Assembly (NCBI GenBank): GCA_043819555.1
Contig: JBDREQ010000003.1
Coordinates: forward strand, 122,973-186,972
Source of the DNA: Candidatus Zixiibacteriota bacterium
GTDB lineage: Bacteria; Zixibacteria; MSB-5A5; GN15; JAAZOE01
Reading direction: 5' to 3'
DNA length: 64,000 nt
Shown: in pieces, positions 10,059 to 20,389 of the stretch
Numbering within the stretch: the first letter of the stretch is position 1
How the letters are laid out: every line of letters starts with the position of its first letter
Made by a program: the position numbers and the translations under genes
The notes under the pieces: model-generated
What the model saw: the letters and a program-made list of their open reading frames with translations, nothing else
What the model was told of the DNA's origin: nothing
Databases searched by the model: none

Positions 10059-12584
10059 TTACATTAATGCGCTCAACGGATCAAGGTATATTCCATCATC
10101 GTTTACATAACCCATCTTCGCACGATGAAAATGAAATGATGATATTTGGCCCGCATCAAATAATTCCAGCGCCTCAAGCACTTCGCTGGGTTTTGCGTAT
10201 CCACCCTGGCCAAGCCCCAATTCCATTTCAATTATTGCTTTCGGTATTGAGTCGATCAATTCCAAATGATAGATTGCCCGTCTTATCTCAACCGCTTTTC
10301 CACCATCTTTGGTTGTCCTTATGGCGATAATCGAATCATTTTCCAACAATTTTCCAATTGCACCACGCAAAGAGTCCAAGTCTTCAAAATCGCCGCTTAT
10401 ATGATAATTGGCGCGATTCAGTAGCGTCGAAATGGCGGGAGCTTTCGAAAAAATCTGTTTATATTCCCTGATAAAAAAATCTTCCGGCAAAGTTTGTGAT
10501 AACGCATCCAAATGGGACTTAAGACAGCTTCCTTCGGTTTGAATATCCAGATACTCCGCGTCGGAACTATATCCGTGAGGCAATGGCGGACCAAAAGACA
10601 GTTTTTGATGAGGATGAAAGCCCTGGCTATAAACAACAGGCAACTGCGCTCTACGAATCGCGCGCTCAAAGACTCTGTTATTTTCGAGATGCGATAAAAA
10701 CCTGACCAATCCTTTCTTACCCCATTTGATTCTTAGTTTGCCCCTGGCGGGACTGACCGAAGACGCGGCCGCCGTAATTTTGCGTTTGCGGCGGCCATAC
10801 ATATCGGAATCATTTTCCGTAACCGTTTGAGACTCCTGGTTATCTCCACGTTCAAGAACTTGAATAGCGTCGGCAGATGATTTTGCTCTTTCCTTCTGAA
10901 GTTTTTCTTTTGATTGGCCTCGGTCTATATGATCCCACGGAAGCTTAGCCGAAAAACTCATAGCCTGGGCATAGGCATTTATGTTTAGATTCTGATTTTC
11001 GAAAGCAGCATGCCAAATTTCAGGTTGAAAATACTCTGACCATCCGTCAAAGCGAGCTCCATTCTTATAGGCATCTAAAATAACTTTTCCCAGTCTTCGA
11101 TCGCCCCGGCCAATGACGCCTTCAAGAAATGACAACTGGGGATTTCTAAATTTAAGATTTACTTCTCGTGCCCGAATGCTCCGCCTGATTATTTCCTGTT
11201 TTCTCTGAATTTCATCTGGGGGACATATTTCATCCCATTGATAAGGCGTATGTGCTTTTGGAGAAAATGGCGAAAGCGTCACATTTATCCGTTTTTGGCC
11301 TCTGAATTTTCGACCCAAATCGGCGACTTTCATTATCAAATCCGTGATGCCATAAATATCGTCATCAGTTTCAGTCGGCAACCCTATCATAAAATAGAGT
11401 TTTACCAGTTGCCAGCCTTTTTCAAACGCGATCTGGCAGGCATTAAGCAAATCTTCTTCTTTAATGTTTTTATTAATGACCTGGCGCATTCGTTCGCTGC
11501 CGACTTCGGGAGCGAACGTCAAACCGGTTTTATGCGATTCACTCGCGGCTTCAGCCATTTTCCTGGTAAAGCTCGCGGGTCTAAGAGAAGGAAATGAGAC
11601 CGATACCTTGTGTTTTTCAAGGTCGGCCGACAGCGAGACAATCAAATCCTCAATACCCGGATAATCGGTGCTGGATAACGATAACAACCCGACTTCATCA
11701 TAGCCGGTGATAGCAATATTTTTTATCACCTGTTTCTTTATTTCCGGAATCCTGCGGACCCGAACCGGCTTATAAATTTTCCCGGCCTGGCAAAAACGGC
11801 AACCCTGAGGACAACCCCGCATGATTTCTACGGCGATTCGATCATGAGTCGTCTCCGTCAGCGGCATAATGGGCAATTCGGGATAATATTCGGCTTTTAA
11901 TTCGGGAGCATGACTGGAGACGATTTTTTCCGGAATACCGTCGATAGTAGGCTTCAAGCTTACAGCATCGTAGAATGAAGGAACGTATATTGATTTCAAA
12001 TCGGCTAGTTGCCGCAGGCGCTCCCTTCGAGGCTGGCCCTTTCCAGAAATTAACACCTCCAAAAGTTTTGGCATTTGTTCTTCGACTTCACCGATATAAA
12101 TAAAATCGAAAAAATCGGCCATTGGCTCGGGATTAAAGCAGATTGGCCCTCCGGCGGCGATTAATGGATGATTGTCATCTCTGTCGCTCGCCAATAAGGG
12201 AATTCGTGCCAGATCCAGCATGGCCAGGACATTAGTATAGACCATTTCATACGACAGGCTGAAGCCAATTAGATCGAATTGATTTAGCGGCCGGTGAGAT
12301 TCCAAAGTAAAAAGAGCAATGTCTTCCCGGCGCATTAAATCGCCGGCGTCAGGAGCGGGAGTGTAAACTCGTTCGCAAAGAACATCATTACGATCATTGA
12401 AGAGATGATACAGGATTTGACCGCCAAGATAAGACATTCCGACTTCATACATATCCGGATAGGCAAGGGCTATTTGGAATTTTCCGGATGGATTTTTTTT
12501 TATCTGACCGATTTCACAGCCGATATATCGGGCGGGTTTTTCCACGAAGGGGAAAAATTTTTTCTCGAGTTGTTCTCTCAACAT
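10059..12584 (-). CDS. TIGR03960-type B12-binding radical SAM protein fused to a TIGR03936 domain
   Basis: PDMYEVGMS, RGCPQGCRFC, FAPEVGSERMR, C-terminal RFLSHLE...YSQGFHPH. Likely start MLREQ at 12584. Confidence 0.88.
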   Translation of the reverse strand: MLREQLEKKFFPFVEKPARYIGCEIGQIKKNPSGKFQIALAYPDMYEVGMSYLGGQILYHLFNDRNDVLCERVYTPAPDAGDLMRREDIALFTLESHRPLNQFDLIGFSLSYEMVYTNVLAMLDLARIPLLASDRDDNHPLIAAGGPICFNPEPMADFFDFIYIGEVEEQMPKLLEVLISGKGQPRRERLRQLADLKSIYVPSFYDAVSLKPTIDGIPEKIVSSHAPELKAEYYPELPIMPLTETTHDRIAVEIMRGCPQGCRFCQAGKIYKPVRVRRIPEIKKQVIKNIAITGYDEVGLLSLSSTDYPGIEDLIVSLSADLEKHKVSVSFPSLRPASFTRKMAEAASESHKTGLTFAPEVGSERMRQVINKNIKEEDLLNACQIAFEKGWQLVKLYFMIGLPTETDDDIYGITDLIMKVADLGRKFRGQKRINVTLSPFSPKAHTPYQWDEICPPDEIQRKQEIIRRSIRAREVNLKFRNPQLSFLEGVIGRGDRRLGKVILDAYKNGARFDGWSEYFQPEIWHAAFENQNLNINAYAQAMSFSAKLPWDHIDRGQSKEKLQKERAKSSADAIQVLERGDNQESQTVTENDSDMYGRRKRKITAAASSVSPARGKLRIKWGKKGLVRFLSHLENNRVFERAIRRAQLPVVYSQGFHPHQKLSFGPPLPHGYSSDAEYLDIQTEGSCLKSHLDALSQTLPEDFFIREYKQIFSKAPAISTLLNRANYHISGDFEDLDSLRGAIGKLLENDSIIAIRTTKDGGKAVEIRRAIYHLELIDSIPKAIIEMELGLGQGGYAKPSEVLEALELFDAGQISSFHFHRAKMGYVNDDGIYLDPLSALM

Positions 12585-12585
12585 A

Positions 12586-12612
12586 AGAAAAAACCCCGGC
12601 ATGGCCGGGGTT
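12586..12612 (-). terminator. Rho-independent terminator after the 61-aa gene
   Basis: aaccccggc-cat-gccggggtt hairpin plus a T tract on the minus strand. Confidence 0.75.
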
Positions 12613-12616
12613 CGAG

Positions 12617-12802
12617 TTAGCCGTAAATTTCGGCTTCGTTACATTTGCAAACCCCGACAGGTTTATTGGAAAATCTCCAATTACCTTCTTTTTTCTGCGC
12701 GCGCACCAGCTTTATGTGGCTGATTTCGTTCTGACAGATAGGACATATATCAACCTGTTTTTTCTTGTTGGCTTTGTCCGCAAATGACTGCTTCTTTGCC
12801 AT
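12617..12802 (-). CDS. Small basic Cys4 protein, possibly DUF4295-like
   Basis: MAKKQSFADK start, CPIC...CKC, IKLVRA..KEGNWRF; AGGAG RBS upstream. Confidence 0.55.
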   Translation of the reverse strand: MAKKQSFADKANKKKQVDICPICQNEISHIKLVRAQKKEGNWRFSNKPVGVCKCNEAEIYG

Positions 12803-13022
12803 GACTCAGATTCTCCTCTATTACTATTTCAGTTTTCTCAAGTTTTAATTTCTCAATTCTCAAAACGGCCATTAATTTAGTCGATTCTTTTATAATTTTC
12901 AACCCCTTACTGCCGGAAAATTCATTTCCGCTAGCCTCAAATTCCTTATCGGCAGAAATATAATCTTTTTTGTGCAGGGCTTCAAGAGCCCGGCAATAAG
13001 CTTTTTCCTCAAAACTCAGCAT
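12750..13022 (-). CDS. Hypothetical helical protein
   Basis: Operon-like spacing with neighbours; TPR-like helix. Confidence 0.5.
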   Translation of the reverse strand: MLSFEEKAYCRALEALHKKDYISADKEFEASGNEFSGSKGLKIIKESTKLMAVLRIEKLKLEKTEIVIEENLSHGKEAVICGQSQQEKTG

Positions 13023-13034
13023 AATTCTATACGC

Positions 13035-13661
13035 TTATCCCAGCCTTTGGGTTTTAAGTTCTTTCAGTTTTTTCACGTAAGGATCGACTTTATACCCTTC
13101 CATTTGAAGGAAATATATAACCGAGGCGGCCATATGCTGATAAATGGTATCGGTTTTCGACTCTGCTGATTTTATGATATCGTTTAGGCAGGTTAGTATA
13201 TGGCCATGCTTCTCAATCAAATTATCCATTTCCAAAGTTTCCCGGCGGAGCATTAATTGGTACCGGTCATTCAAAGAAACTCTCTCCTCGCCTTTTTTAA
13301 GCGTCAATTTGAATGATCCCTGACCAAGTGATTTTATCCAGATTTTTAACTCTTCTGCGAGCTTTTGATAGCTTGTTTCTTCTTTATGGGCCAGTTCGCT
13401 GTACAGTTTACTAAGAAGTTTTGCGGCTCGAGATTTTTGAGTGGGCAGGGATTGAATCGTTTCCAGCCAGCTCTTTTTCTCGCATAAAAAACTCGCCAAT
13501 TTTTCTTCTGTCAAGATCCCTTGGCGGCATTCTTTATAGATATCATCCAACTGGTTCAGTCCGATTAAAAAATCAATCTGCGCCGATTTTTCGGCAAGCA
13601 TATCATCCAGTAACTGTGAGATCTGGCGCTCCAGTTTATCTATGGTCTGAATATCGCTCAA
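13035..13661 (-). CDS. Hypothetical protein
   Basis: 208-aa ORF overlapping the upstream stop by 4 nt. Confidence 0.6.
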   Translation of the reverse strand: MSDIQTIDKLERQISQLLDDMLAEKSAQIDFLIGLNQLDDIYKECRQGILTEEKLASFLCEKKSWLETIQSLPTQKSRAAKLLSKLYSELAHKEETSYQKLAEELKIWIKSLGQGSFKLTLKKGEERVSLNDRYQLMLRRETLEMDNLIEKHGHILTCLNDIIKSAESKTDTIYQHMAASVIYFLQMEGYKVDPYVKKLKELKTQRLG

Positions 13662-14506
13662 GACTTTTCTCCGGTTCCCAGACGGGAATCAAAAGTTCGT
13701 TCCATTTTATCGGATAGATAATCTTCAATCAATTGACTTAGGTGATCAACCATGCCTTCAAGCCGATCTGATCTATGTGAAGGGTTCTGAACTGGACATA
13801 TTAATCCGGCAAGCTTCAATGTTGCCAGGGTTTTAAGGATATGATAGGAATCCTGGGAAGAAGCCTTAATAATATCTTCTATACTTCTATGACCATCAAT
13901 TAAGGCCAGGATATTCCATTCGTTTGGCTCCAGCGTAACCTCTCGTTTCTGGTTTTGTTCAGAAGGCGCCAGAGCAAAAACGACTGAAAAATCAGGCAAA
14001 AATTCTTTAACCCGCGTCAATTCATCAAGCCGGCGCATTCCTTCCAAAACGATATTCTCGGTAGAAAGACTGACCGTAATCTCTTCCTCGGTGGGGAATT
14101 GATTTTCATAAAACTTAAATGATCCTCGATCCCATTCCATCAGCGAATAGATTAATTCCTCGACCTGATTTCGCACCACCTGTTCCAAATCGGCACGGTC
14201 AATATAATTTCTTTCGATCAATATCTGGCCCAACCGCCGCCCCGACGTTTTGTCAGCGGCTTGAAGCGAAATAGCGTCATCCAACTGTTCCGACGTTAAT
14301 CGGCCGTTTTCAACCAGCATCCTTCCAACATGATAGGTTTTGCGAGGCCCGTAACCGTATACTACTGAGCCCTTTTTAAAGTATACCATGACGATGTCAT
14401 CATCGCGCTGAATACCCAGCGTGCCGGTCTTTCGGCTGGTTGAAACCAGTTGAAAAATCTCAGGCAGGGTAAATCGTTCTATATTTCCTTGTAAATCTAA
14501 ATCCAT
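13658..14506 (-). CDS. DUF4388/PATAN protein with MshEN-like motifs
   Basis: LQGNIERFTLPEIFQLV...KTGTL, W.RGSFKF; tandem VGRMLVENGRLT..QL and RLGQILIERNYI motifs. Confidence 0.8.
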   Translation of the reverse strand: MDLDLQGNIERFTLPEIFQLVSTSRKTGTLGIQRDDDIVMVYFKKGSVVYGYGPRKTYHVGRMLVENGRLTSEQLDDAISLQAADKTSGRRLGQILIERNYIDRADLEQVVRNQVEELIYSLMEWDRGSFKFYENQFPTEEEITVSLSTENIVLEGMRRLDELTRVKEFLPDFSVVFALAPSEQNQKREVTLEPNEWNILALIDGHRSIEDIIKASSQDSYHILKTLATLKLAGLICPVQNPSHRSDRLEGMVDHLSQLIEDYLSDKMERTFDSRLGTGEKS

Positions 14507-14630
14507 ATCCTAATTTCCATCCCAAAATTTTATAACTTAACAATATAAAACTTCCCAGACAATTGTCAACGGTATTCAATTTTATAAATGTGATTTGCGA
14601 TTGTCAAAATGATGATTATTTAAATCCTGA

Positions 14631-14960
14631 TTATGACAGGTGATTTTTCATAGTCCCGGCAGTAATATCAAAATGAGAGCAATTCCAAACTGGCAATCCC
14701 ATGGAAAACAATATCAATTGAGGGGATTGGTGGGAAATTTGGGTTCGTTCGGCGATGTCCAGAGATAGTTGACGGTCTTCCCGAACCAAAACAATCCAGA
14801 ATTGAGCTTCAGGTTCAGCCGCCATGAATTTTTTAAATTCTGACAATGCTGAGCCTGATATCGGGCAAACCGTAGAATGCTTAAGTAAAAATACCGGTCC
14901 AGCCTGGCTGGCTTCCAATATCTTCTCAAAATCATCTTCTGATTTATATTTGTTTATCAC
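14631..14960 (-). CDS. ytxJ: Thioredoxin-like YtxJ (DUF2847)
   Basis: LKHSTVCPIS, HQSPQ, W..SH..I. Confidence 0.85.
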   Translation of the reverse strand: MINKYKSEDDFEKILEASQAGPVFLLKHSTVCPISGSALSEFKKFMAAEPEAQFWIVLVREDRQLSLDIAERTQISHQSPQLILFSMGLPVWNCSHFDITAGTMKNHLS

Positions 14961-15139
14961 GTCAATTTCTCACTAATTCAGACTTTAAATATGAAACCCA
15001 TGTATATATATATATTCCGCCATGAAAACAATGATTGTTTTTGGAGCTGGGAATATCTATATTTTATAAATATCGCTCGCTAGGACGTATCTTATATGAA
15101 AATCAAGAGGAAAGAGTTCTAAACCCAGGCGGGGAAATT

Positions 15140-16465
15140 ATGAATAAATCAAAATGTGGAAAAAGTAAAACGAGAATACAATCACCTTTATTGGCAGTTG
15201 TTTTCACGCTCCTCTTAACTAGTATCATTTTTATTGGTACCGTGACCGCCAATAACACCGGCAGCGCTCTTCGCGCTAAGGTCGATATGCCGATCGGGCC
15301 AATCGCCCTGCGGATAATCGAAGGCGCCCTTGAACAGGCAATTGAGAACGACGATGATATTATTATCTTTGAACTGAACACACCCGGCGGACTTGACGCG
15401 TCGATGAGACCAATCTGTCGCAAGCTTCTTAACGCCGATATTCCAACTGTGGTTTATGTCTCGCCTTCGGGGGCTCGAGCCGCCTCGGCGGGACTATTTA
15501 TTACGTATTCAGCGCATATTGCGGCCATGACACCGGGGACTAATATCGGAGCCGCGCATGTTGTCAATATGGGCGGTGAAATAGATTCGGTTATGTCAGA
15601 AAAAGTACAGAATGATGCCGTCGCCTATATTACCTCAATCGCCAAGAAAAGAAACCGGAATACCTCCTGGGCCGAGGCCGCGGTGCGTCAAAGCGTTTCG
15701 ATTGATGCCGAAGCGGCCCTGGATTCAAACGTCATAGACATCCTTGCCAAAGATTTTGAAGATCTACTGAATCAATTAGACGGGCGAATTGTTTCAATGC
15801 CCAACGGTGAAGATACTCTCGCGGTCGCGGGCGCGGTTGTCAAAGATTATCACATTTCCTTCAAAAATAGATTCTTGAGTATAATAACTAATCCGACCGT
15901 GGCCTTTATCCTGTTTAATATTGGCTGGCTTGGTTTGATGGTTGAGCTTTATAATCCGGGTGCGATTTTACCCGGAATCGTCGGCGGCATAAGTCTGATT
16001 TTGGCTTTCTTTTCGTTTCAGCAATTGCCGATTAATTATGCCGGATTGGGGTTGATTATCTTCGCTGTGGTTTTGTTTATACTCGAGATAAAAATAGTTA
16101 GCCATGGAGTCTTGGCGATTGGGGGTGTAATATCAATGCTTTTGGGATCATTTATGCTGATTGATTCACCCGAACCGTACCTACAAATTTCAATGGTTGT
16201 CATCATCACGACGGTATTGGCGATATCCGCGTTTTTCCTTTTTATCGTCGGGTTTGCCATCAAAGCTCATCGGCGAAAAATCGCAACGGGGCAGGAGGGA
16301 ATCGTCGGCGAAATCGGAGTCGTCCGCGATGGAGGCATGATTTTTGTCGAAGGCGAGCTGTGGCGGGCTGATTGCGAACAGGAATTAAATCCGGGTGATA
16401 AAGTGGAAGTTGAGAAATTTGAAAATATGCGCTTAAAAGTAAAAAAACTGGGAGGTGAAAGGTGA
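15140..16465 (+). CDS. nfeD: NfeD-family membrane serine protease
   Basis: [21 protein letters not shown] bundle, GELWRA OB domain. Start moved to MNKSK. Confidence 0.92.
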   Translation: MNKSKCGKSKTRIQSPLLAVVFTLLLTSIIFIGTVTANNTGSALRAKVDMPIGPIALRIIEGALEQAIENDDDIIIFELNTPGGLDASMRPICRKLLNADIPTVVYVSPSGARAASAGLFITYSAHIAAMTPGTNIGAAHVVNMGGEIDSVMSEKVQNDAVAYITSIAKKRNRNTSWAEAAVRQSVSIDAEAALDSNVIDILAKDFEDLLNQLDGRIVSMPNGEDTLAVAGAVVKDYHISFKNRFLSIITNPTVAFILFNIGWLGLMVELYNPGAILPGIVGGISLILAFFSFQQLPINYAGLGLIIFAVVLFILEIKIVSHGVLAIGGVISMLLGSFMLIDSPEPYLQISMVVIITTVLAISAFFLFIVGFAIKAHRRKIATGQEGIVGEIGVVRDGGMIFVEGELWRADCEQELNPGDKVEVEKFENMRLKVKKLGGER

Positions 16466-17229
16466 ATATCTTCAGTTCAGGAATATTGACGATTATCTTT
16501 TTCGCGGTCATAATAATTGCCTATGCCGTACGAGTATTGCGAGAATATGAGCGAGGCGTCGTGTTTCGCCTTGGACGTCTAATTGGAGCCAAAGGACCGG
16601 GTCTGATTTTACTTATTCCGGTTATCGATAAAATGGTCAAAGTATCCCTGCGGGTGGTAACGATGGACGTTCCCGAGCAGGATGTTATCACGCGCGATAA
16701 TGTCACCGTCCGCGTCAATGCCGTCGTTTATTTCCGGGTTATGGATCCGATCAAAGCGGTCATTGCTGTCGAAGATTTTCTGTACGCGACATCGATGATT
16801 TCACAAACTACACTGCGAGCCGTTCTGGGTCAGGTTGATTTGGATTCGCTGCTGTCTGAGCGGGACAAATTAAATGATCAGCTCCAGAAAATCATCGACG
16901 AAGACACCGAACCGTGGGGCATCAAGGTTACCAAGGTCGAAGTCAAAAATGTCGATTTGCCTCAGGAGATGCAGCGTGCGATCGCGCGGCAGGCTGAAGC
17001 CGAACGTGAACGGCGGGCCAAAGTTATTCATGCCGAAGGCGAATTGCAGGCGGCGGAAAAACTGCTTTTGGCCGCCCGGGAAATTTCAAAAAATAAAACA
17101 ACGATTCAGCTCCGCTATCTCCAGACTTTGACCGAGGTCGCCGCTGAGAAAAATTCAACGATAGTATTCCCTCTGCCGATTGACCTCCTTGAAGCGTTTT
17201 TGCCCAAATCTAAAGATGATACCGAATAA
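16462..17229 (+). CDS. Stomatin/SPFH (slipin) protein
   Basis: [39 protein letters not shown]. Confidence 0.95.
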   Translation: MNIFSSGILTIIFFAVIIIAYAVRVLREYERGVVFRLGRLIGAKGPGLILLIPVIDKMVKVSLRVVTMDVPEQDVITRDNVTVRVNAVVYFRVMDPIKAVIAVEDFLYATSMISQTTLRAVLGQVDLDSLLSERDKLNDQLQKIIDEDTEPWGIKVTKVEVKNVDLPQEMQRAIARQAEAERERRAKVIHAEGELQAAEKLLLAAREISKNKTTIQLRYLQTLTEVAAEKNSTIVFPLPIDLLEAFLPKSKDDTE

Positions 17230-17253
17230 ACAAGTCAGATAAAACAAATCCGC

Positions 17254-17283
17254 AAGGGTCGGGAATCCCCCGGCCCTTTTTTT
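17254..17283 (+). terminator. Rho-independent terminator
   Basis: aagggtcggg-aatcc-cccggccctt plus a T tract. Confidence 0.75.
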
Positions 17284-17321
17284 GTACTCTTTTTTTATAC
17301 AGTAAATAATCCAACTTTTTT

Positions 17322-17612
17322 TAGGGATGGAACCCAACGGGCACCTGCCAAATCTGTTTATCTTTTTGTGTAGCGACAACTCTCGAGTTGTCGTCCTAAA
17401 ATCATTATCCCGTGTCATTGCGAGGAGCGAAGCGACGTGGCAATCTAATGCTAAAGCCTGCGGAAAAATGGGTATTGTGCCTGGCAGACGTCCTCGTCTG
17501 CTGGAAAAATGGGTTTGTTTCCTCAGATTAACGTTTTTGGTCATATCAACTCGATGGTGATTACGACAGGCAAAGGCCTGTCTTCCATTAATCCTTCCCC
17601 TCTGGAGAGGGG
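17322..17612. repeat. Cluster of REP-like palindromic elements
   Basis: GTAG+cgacaactc-tc-gagttgtcg (17370-17393); gtcattgcgaggagcgaagcgacgtggcaatct (17414-17446); gcagacg-tcct-cgtctgc (17484-17501); cccctct-gg-agagggg (17597-17612). Confidence 0.7.
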
Positions 17613-17787
17613 TGTCCGGCGGGGTGTGTTTTGTCTATTCGCCTGCACCATCATACATATGCGGATAATTTCGGATAATACACCGGATTGATTGGGAAAA
17701 TGTGGATGCGACTATGCGGGGATCCATCTGTTTTGTAAAGTAAAATCAGCAGACAATTTGGAACTGCTGACAGAAGAGAATTCCCAC

Positions 17788-18309
17788 TCAGTCCTTTGAT
17801 TTTCCATTCTTTCTAAAAGAAAGAAAATAACTTGCGATAAATAAACCAGCACTAATAATCAGAGTTATTATTACATAACTAAAAGGATACATACCCGCCA
17901 AATTAGTATCTACTGAATCAATAACTCGCCCAATTATAAATAATCTTGAGATGCTTTCCATTAGGGCAATGCCCATTATAAAAAGAACAAAACCTAAATG
18001 CGTTTTCCACCAACTGCGACTATTGTTTCTAAATGAACTCCAAGCCCAAATAGTGCATGTTATAATATTTAAAAATGCAAATGCGGCATAGCCGATTTTC
18101 CCATTTTGTGAAACCATTTGAAGAATTCCTATTTCATTGAAATTTAGCAGAAGATTACTTATCCCGTAATTGTAAAGAGAAATATTAAAAAAACTCGGTA
18201 TTGGACGTGAAAAAAAAGCGTTCATGTGATCATATAATAATATTATTGCGATGATTAGAAAAAATGCCAATTTTATGTATCTCATTTTCATTGTGTTCAT
18301 TCCTTTCAT
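17788..18309 (-). CDS. AT-rich membrane protein with weak resemblance to signal peptidase II
   Basis: Four TM segments; NYG and SRLFIIGRVID resemble LspA motifs. Confidence 0.45.
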   Translation of the reverse strand: MKGMNTMKMRYIKLAFFLIIAIILLYDHMNAFFSRPIPSFFNISLYNYGISNLLLNFNEIGILQMVSQNGKIGYAAFAFLNIITCTIWAWSSFRNNSRSWWKTHLGFVLFIMGIALMESISRLFIIGRVIDSVDTNLAGMYPFSYVIITLIISAGLFIASYFLSFRKNGKSKD

Positions 18310-18389
18310 TAGCAGATATAGGAAATAATTCTAATCTGCATAACGAAATTCTTTACTCTAACAAACCAACTTTTTACTTAATACAATAT

Positions 18390-18818
18390 TCAGTACTTCT
18401 TTATCTTTCCATTAAATGTAATAAAGGTCAAAGATACTCGCTCTTTTTGTCTTATCCATATCACGCCGTGGCTGTCAATCAGGGTATCACCCTTCATGAT
18501 GTATTTTTCTTTATTATTTCTGAGATTTAAATTGTGATGTCCTTTTAATGCTTCATAATCTTCTTGGGATATTTTACCGACGATGACTCCGACATCTAAA
18601 ATAATTGTATCGCTACTTGCCGTATATCCGCCCTGAAGAACCAAATCACCAATCAATGTTGTGTATTTGCCACGAACCCTTAGGTCAAACCACTCATAGG
18701 GAGCATCTTCTTTTGCATAAGTACCTGTGACTGGGTCGTTCGAACAGCCGAAAAGTATCAAAACAATGGTCAACGAAATGACAATATGCTTACTCTTCAT
18801 TTCGATTACCTCTCTCAT
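18390..18818 (-). CDS. Hypothetical lipoprotein
   Basis: Lipobox LFGC after a hydrophobic stretch. Probable start MKSKH. Confidence 0.6.
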   Translation of the reverse strand: MREVIEMKSKHIVISLTIVLILFGCSNDPVTGTYAKEDAPYEWFDLRVRGKYTTLIGDLVLQGGYTASSDTIILDVGVIVGKISQEDYEALKGHHNLNLRNNKEKYIMKGDTLIDSHGVIWIRQKERVSLTFITFNGKIKKY

Positions 18819-19053
18819 TTTGCTTAAGTCTTGTATAATTTCAGTCCAGCATCATTGCCAAAACTCAAGAATCATTTGTCCAACTTCAAACATAGCTTCA
18901 GGCCATTTACTAAAATCTGTACGTCGTCAAACGATCCAGACAAAGTTTGACTTAATCTAAAACATAATCTGTCTAATGACAATTACCTTTTTGTATACTT
19001 TTTTGCCCTATTCTTTAATTCGTTGTCTTTGTTCGATTATTATCGCCAATTCT

Positions 19054-19218
19054 TTACTTCAATCCCATAAATTTCATCCTATAAAACCTCAACTCCCCAT
19101 CCTTCTCCGCATCAACCTGCAGCCACAACACACCATAACGGTCAACGTAATTGTCTGGTGGCCCATCCGAAAGGGGAGAACCATTGATTGAACGGACCCA
19201 TACCTGGGTAACAAAATA
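19054..19218 (-). pseudogene. Start-less C-terminal gene fragment
   Basis: Open frame YFVTQVWVRS...RFYRMKFMGLK* abutting a truncated palindromic element, with no plausible RBS or start at its 5' end. Confidence 0.35.
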
Positions 19219-19350
19219 GCGAGGAGGCCTTTAGCCGACGTGGCGATCTGTTCTTGAGACCCAAAAACAAGAGATTGCCCCGCTCATTACACTCGCTCGC
19301 AATGACAGTGATTATTTTTGGTTTTGTAGGGATGGAGCCCAGCAGGTTCC
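19219..19350. repeat. Palindromic element (gcgaggag...gcaatgac family) plus GTAG-type REP
   Basis: Arms 19219-19249 and 19272-19306 resemble 17414-17446; tagggatggagcccagcagg (19327) resembles 17322. Confidence 0.7.
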
Positions 19351-19471
19351 GGCCCGACAGTTGTATTATTTCTTATGAATAATCTGCCTGTTTAATTATC
19401 GATATAGCTATTGTGCCAAGCGGCGTAATCGTATAGATTTGGCAGATTGATGAACGGACGATAATATATTT

Positions 19472-20383
19472 ATGAGCGAGAATCATTCTCATAGCCATCA
19501 TACCAGCTCAAAAAAGATCGGATGGACGATCTTATTGAATCTGGTTATCACGGCGGCGGAATTCATCGGCGGGATATTTTCTGGTTCGCTGGCTCTCTTA
19601 TCCGACGCCGGGCATAATCTGTCGGATGTAATAGCTTTGGTGCTGGCCTGGCTGGGCGCCAAAGGCGCGGCGATGAAACCGACCAAGCGCTCAACGTATG
19701 GTTTCAAACGGCTCGAAGTAGTCACTGCTTTTATCAACGCCGTATCGCTGGCGGCAATCGCTGTCTATATCATTTTTGAAGCCTTCCAACGATATAACGA
19801 TCCCCAGCCGATTGACAGCGCCATAATGCTATCGGTGGCGGGAATCGGTCTTTTGGGAAACCTGTTTTCCGTCTGGATTCTGCATCGGGGCAGAAACGAG
19901 ACATTAAATACCCGGGCCGCTTTTCTCCACATGCTCTATGACGCCATCTCATCGGTGGCGGTAATAATCGGCGGCATAATAATTATGTTTTCCGGCTGGT
20001 ATCTCCTTGATTTAATCCTGTCGGTTCTTATCGCAATTATGATTTTGTGGTCGAGCTTCGATATTCTTAAGGAAGCCTCCGGGATTTTCATGGAAGCGGC
20101 ACCGCGAGGCATCGATACCTATGAAGTGGAACAGGCCATATCGGATTTGCCCGGAATAAAAGGCGTGCATCATACTCATATCTGGTCGATATCCAGCTCG
20201 CAAATTGCGCTATCGTGTCATATCGTCCTGAACCATGCGGATTACCAGGATTGTACTGTGATTATTGGGAAAATACATAAACTGCTGAAAGATAAGTTTG
20301 GAATTAACCATGCAACGATTCAGCCCGAGGGAGAATTTTGTCCCGAATCATCGAAATTTATTAATCCGGATGAGGCAGACTAA
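19472..20383 (+). CDS. Cation diffusion facilitator (CzcD/ZitB-like) transporter
   Basis: His-rich N-terminus, SLALLSDAGHNLSD, HMLYD, HIW, HATIQPE. Confidence 0.93.
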   Translation: MSENHSHSHHTSSKKIGWTILLNLVITAAEFIGGIFSGSLALLSDAGHNLSDVIALVLAWLGAKGAAMKPTKRSTYGFKRLEVVTAFINAVSLAAIAVYIIFEAFQRYNDPQPIDSAIMLSVAGIGLLGNLFSVWILHRGRNETLNTRAAFLHMLYDAISSVAVIIGGIIIMFSGWYLLDLILSVLIAIMILWSSFDILKEASGIFMEAAPRGIDTYEVEQAISDLPGIKGVHHTHIWSISSSQIALSCHIVLNHADYQDCTVIIGKIHKLLKDKFGINHATIQPEGEFCPESSKFINPDEAD

Positions 20384-20389
20384 GAAAAA

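Noticed and set aside
17155..17691. Track ORFs 17155-17544, 17327-17560 and 17509-17691
   Set aside because: They run through a terminator and palindromic repeats; LDCHVASLLAMT is simply the translated repeat.
17788..18309. Functional lspA
   Set aside because: The second catalytic FNxAD motif is absent and the resemblance is weak.
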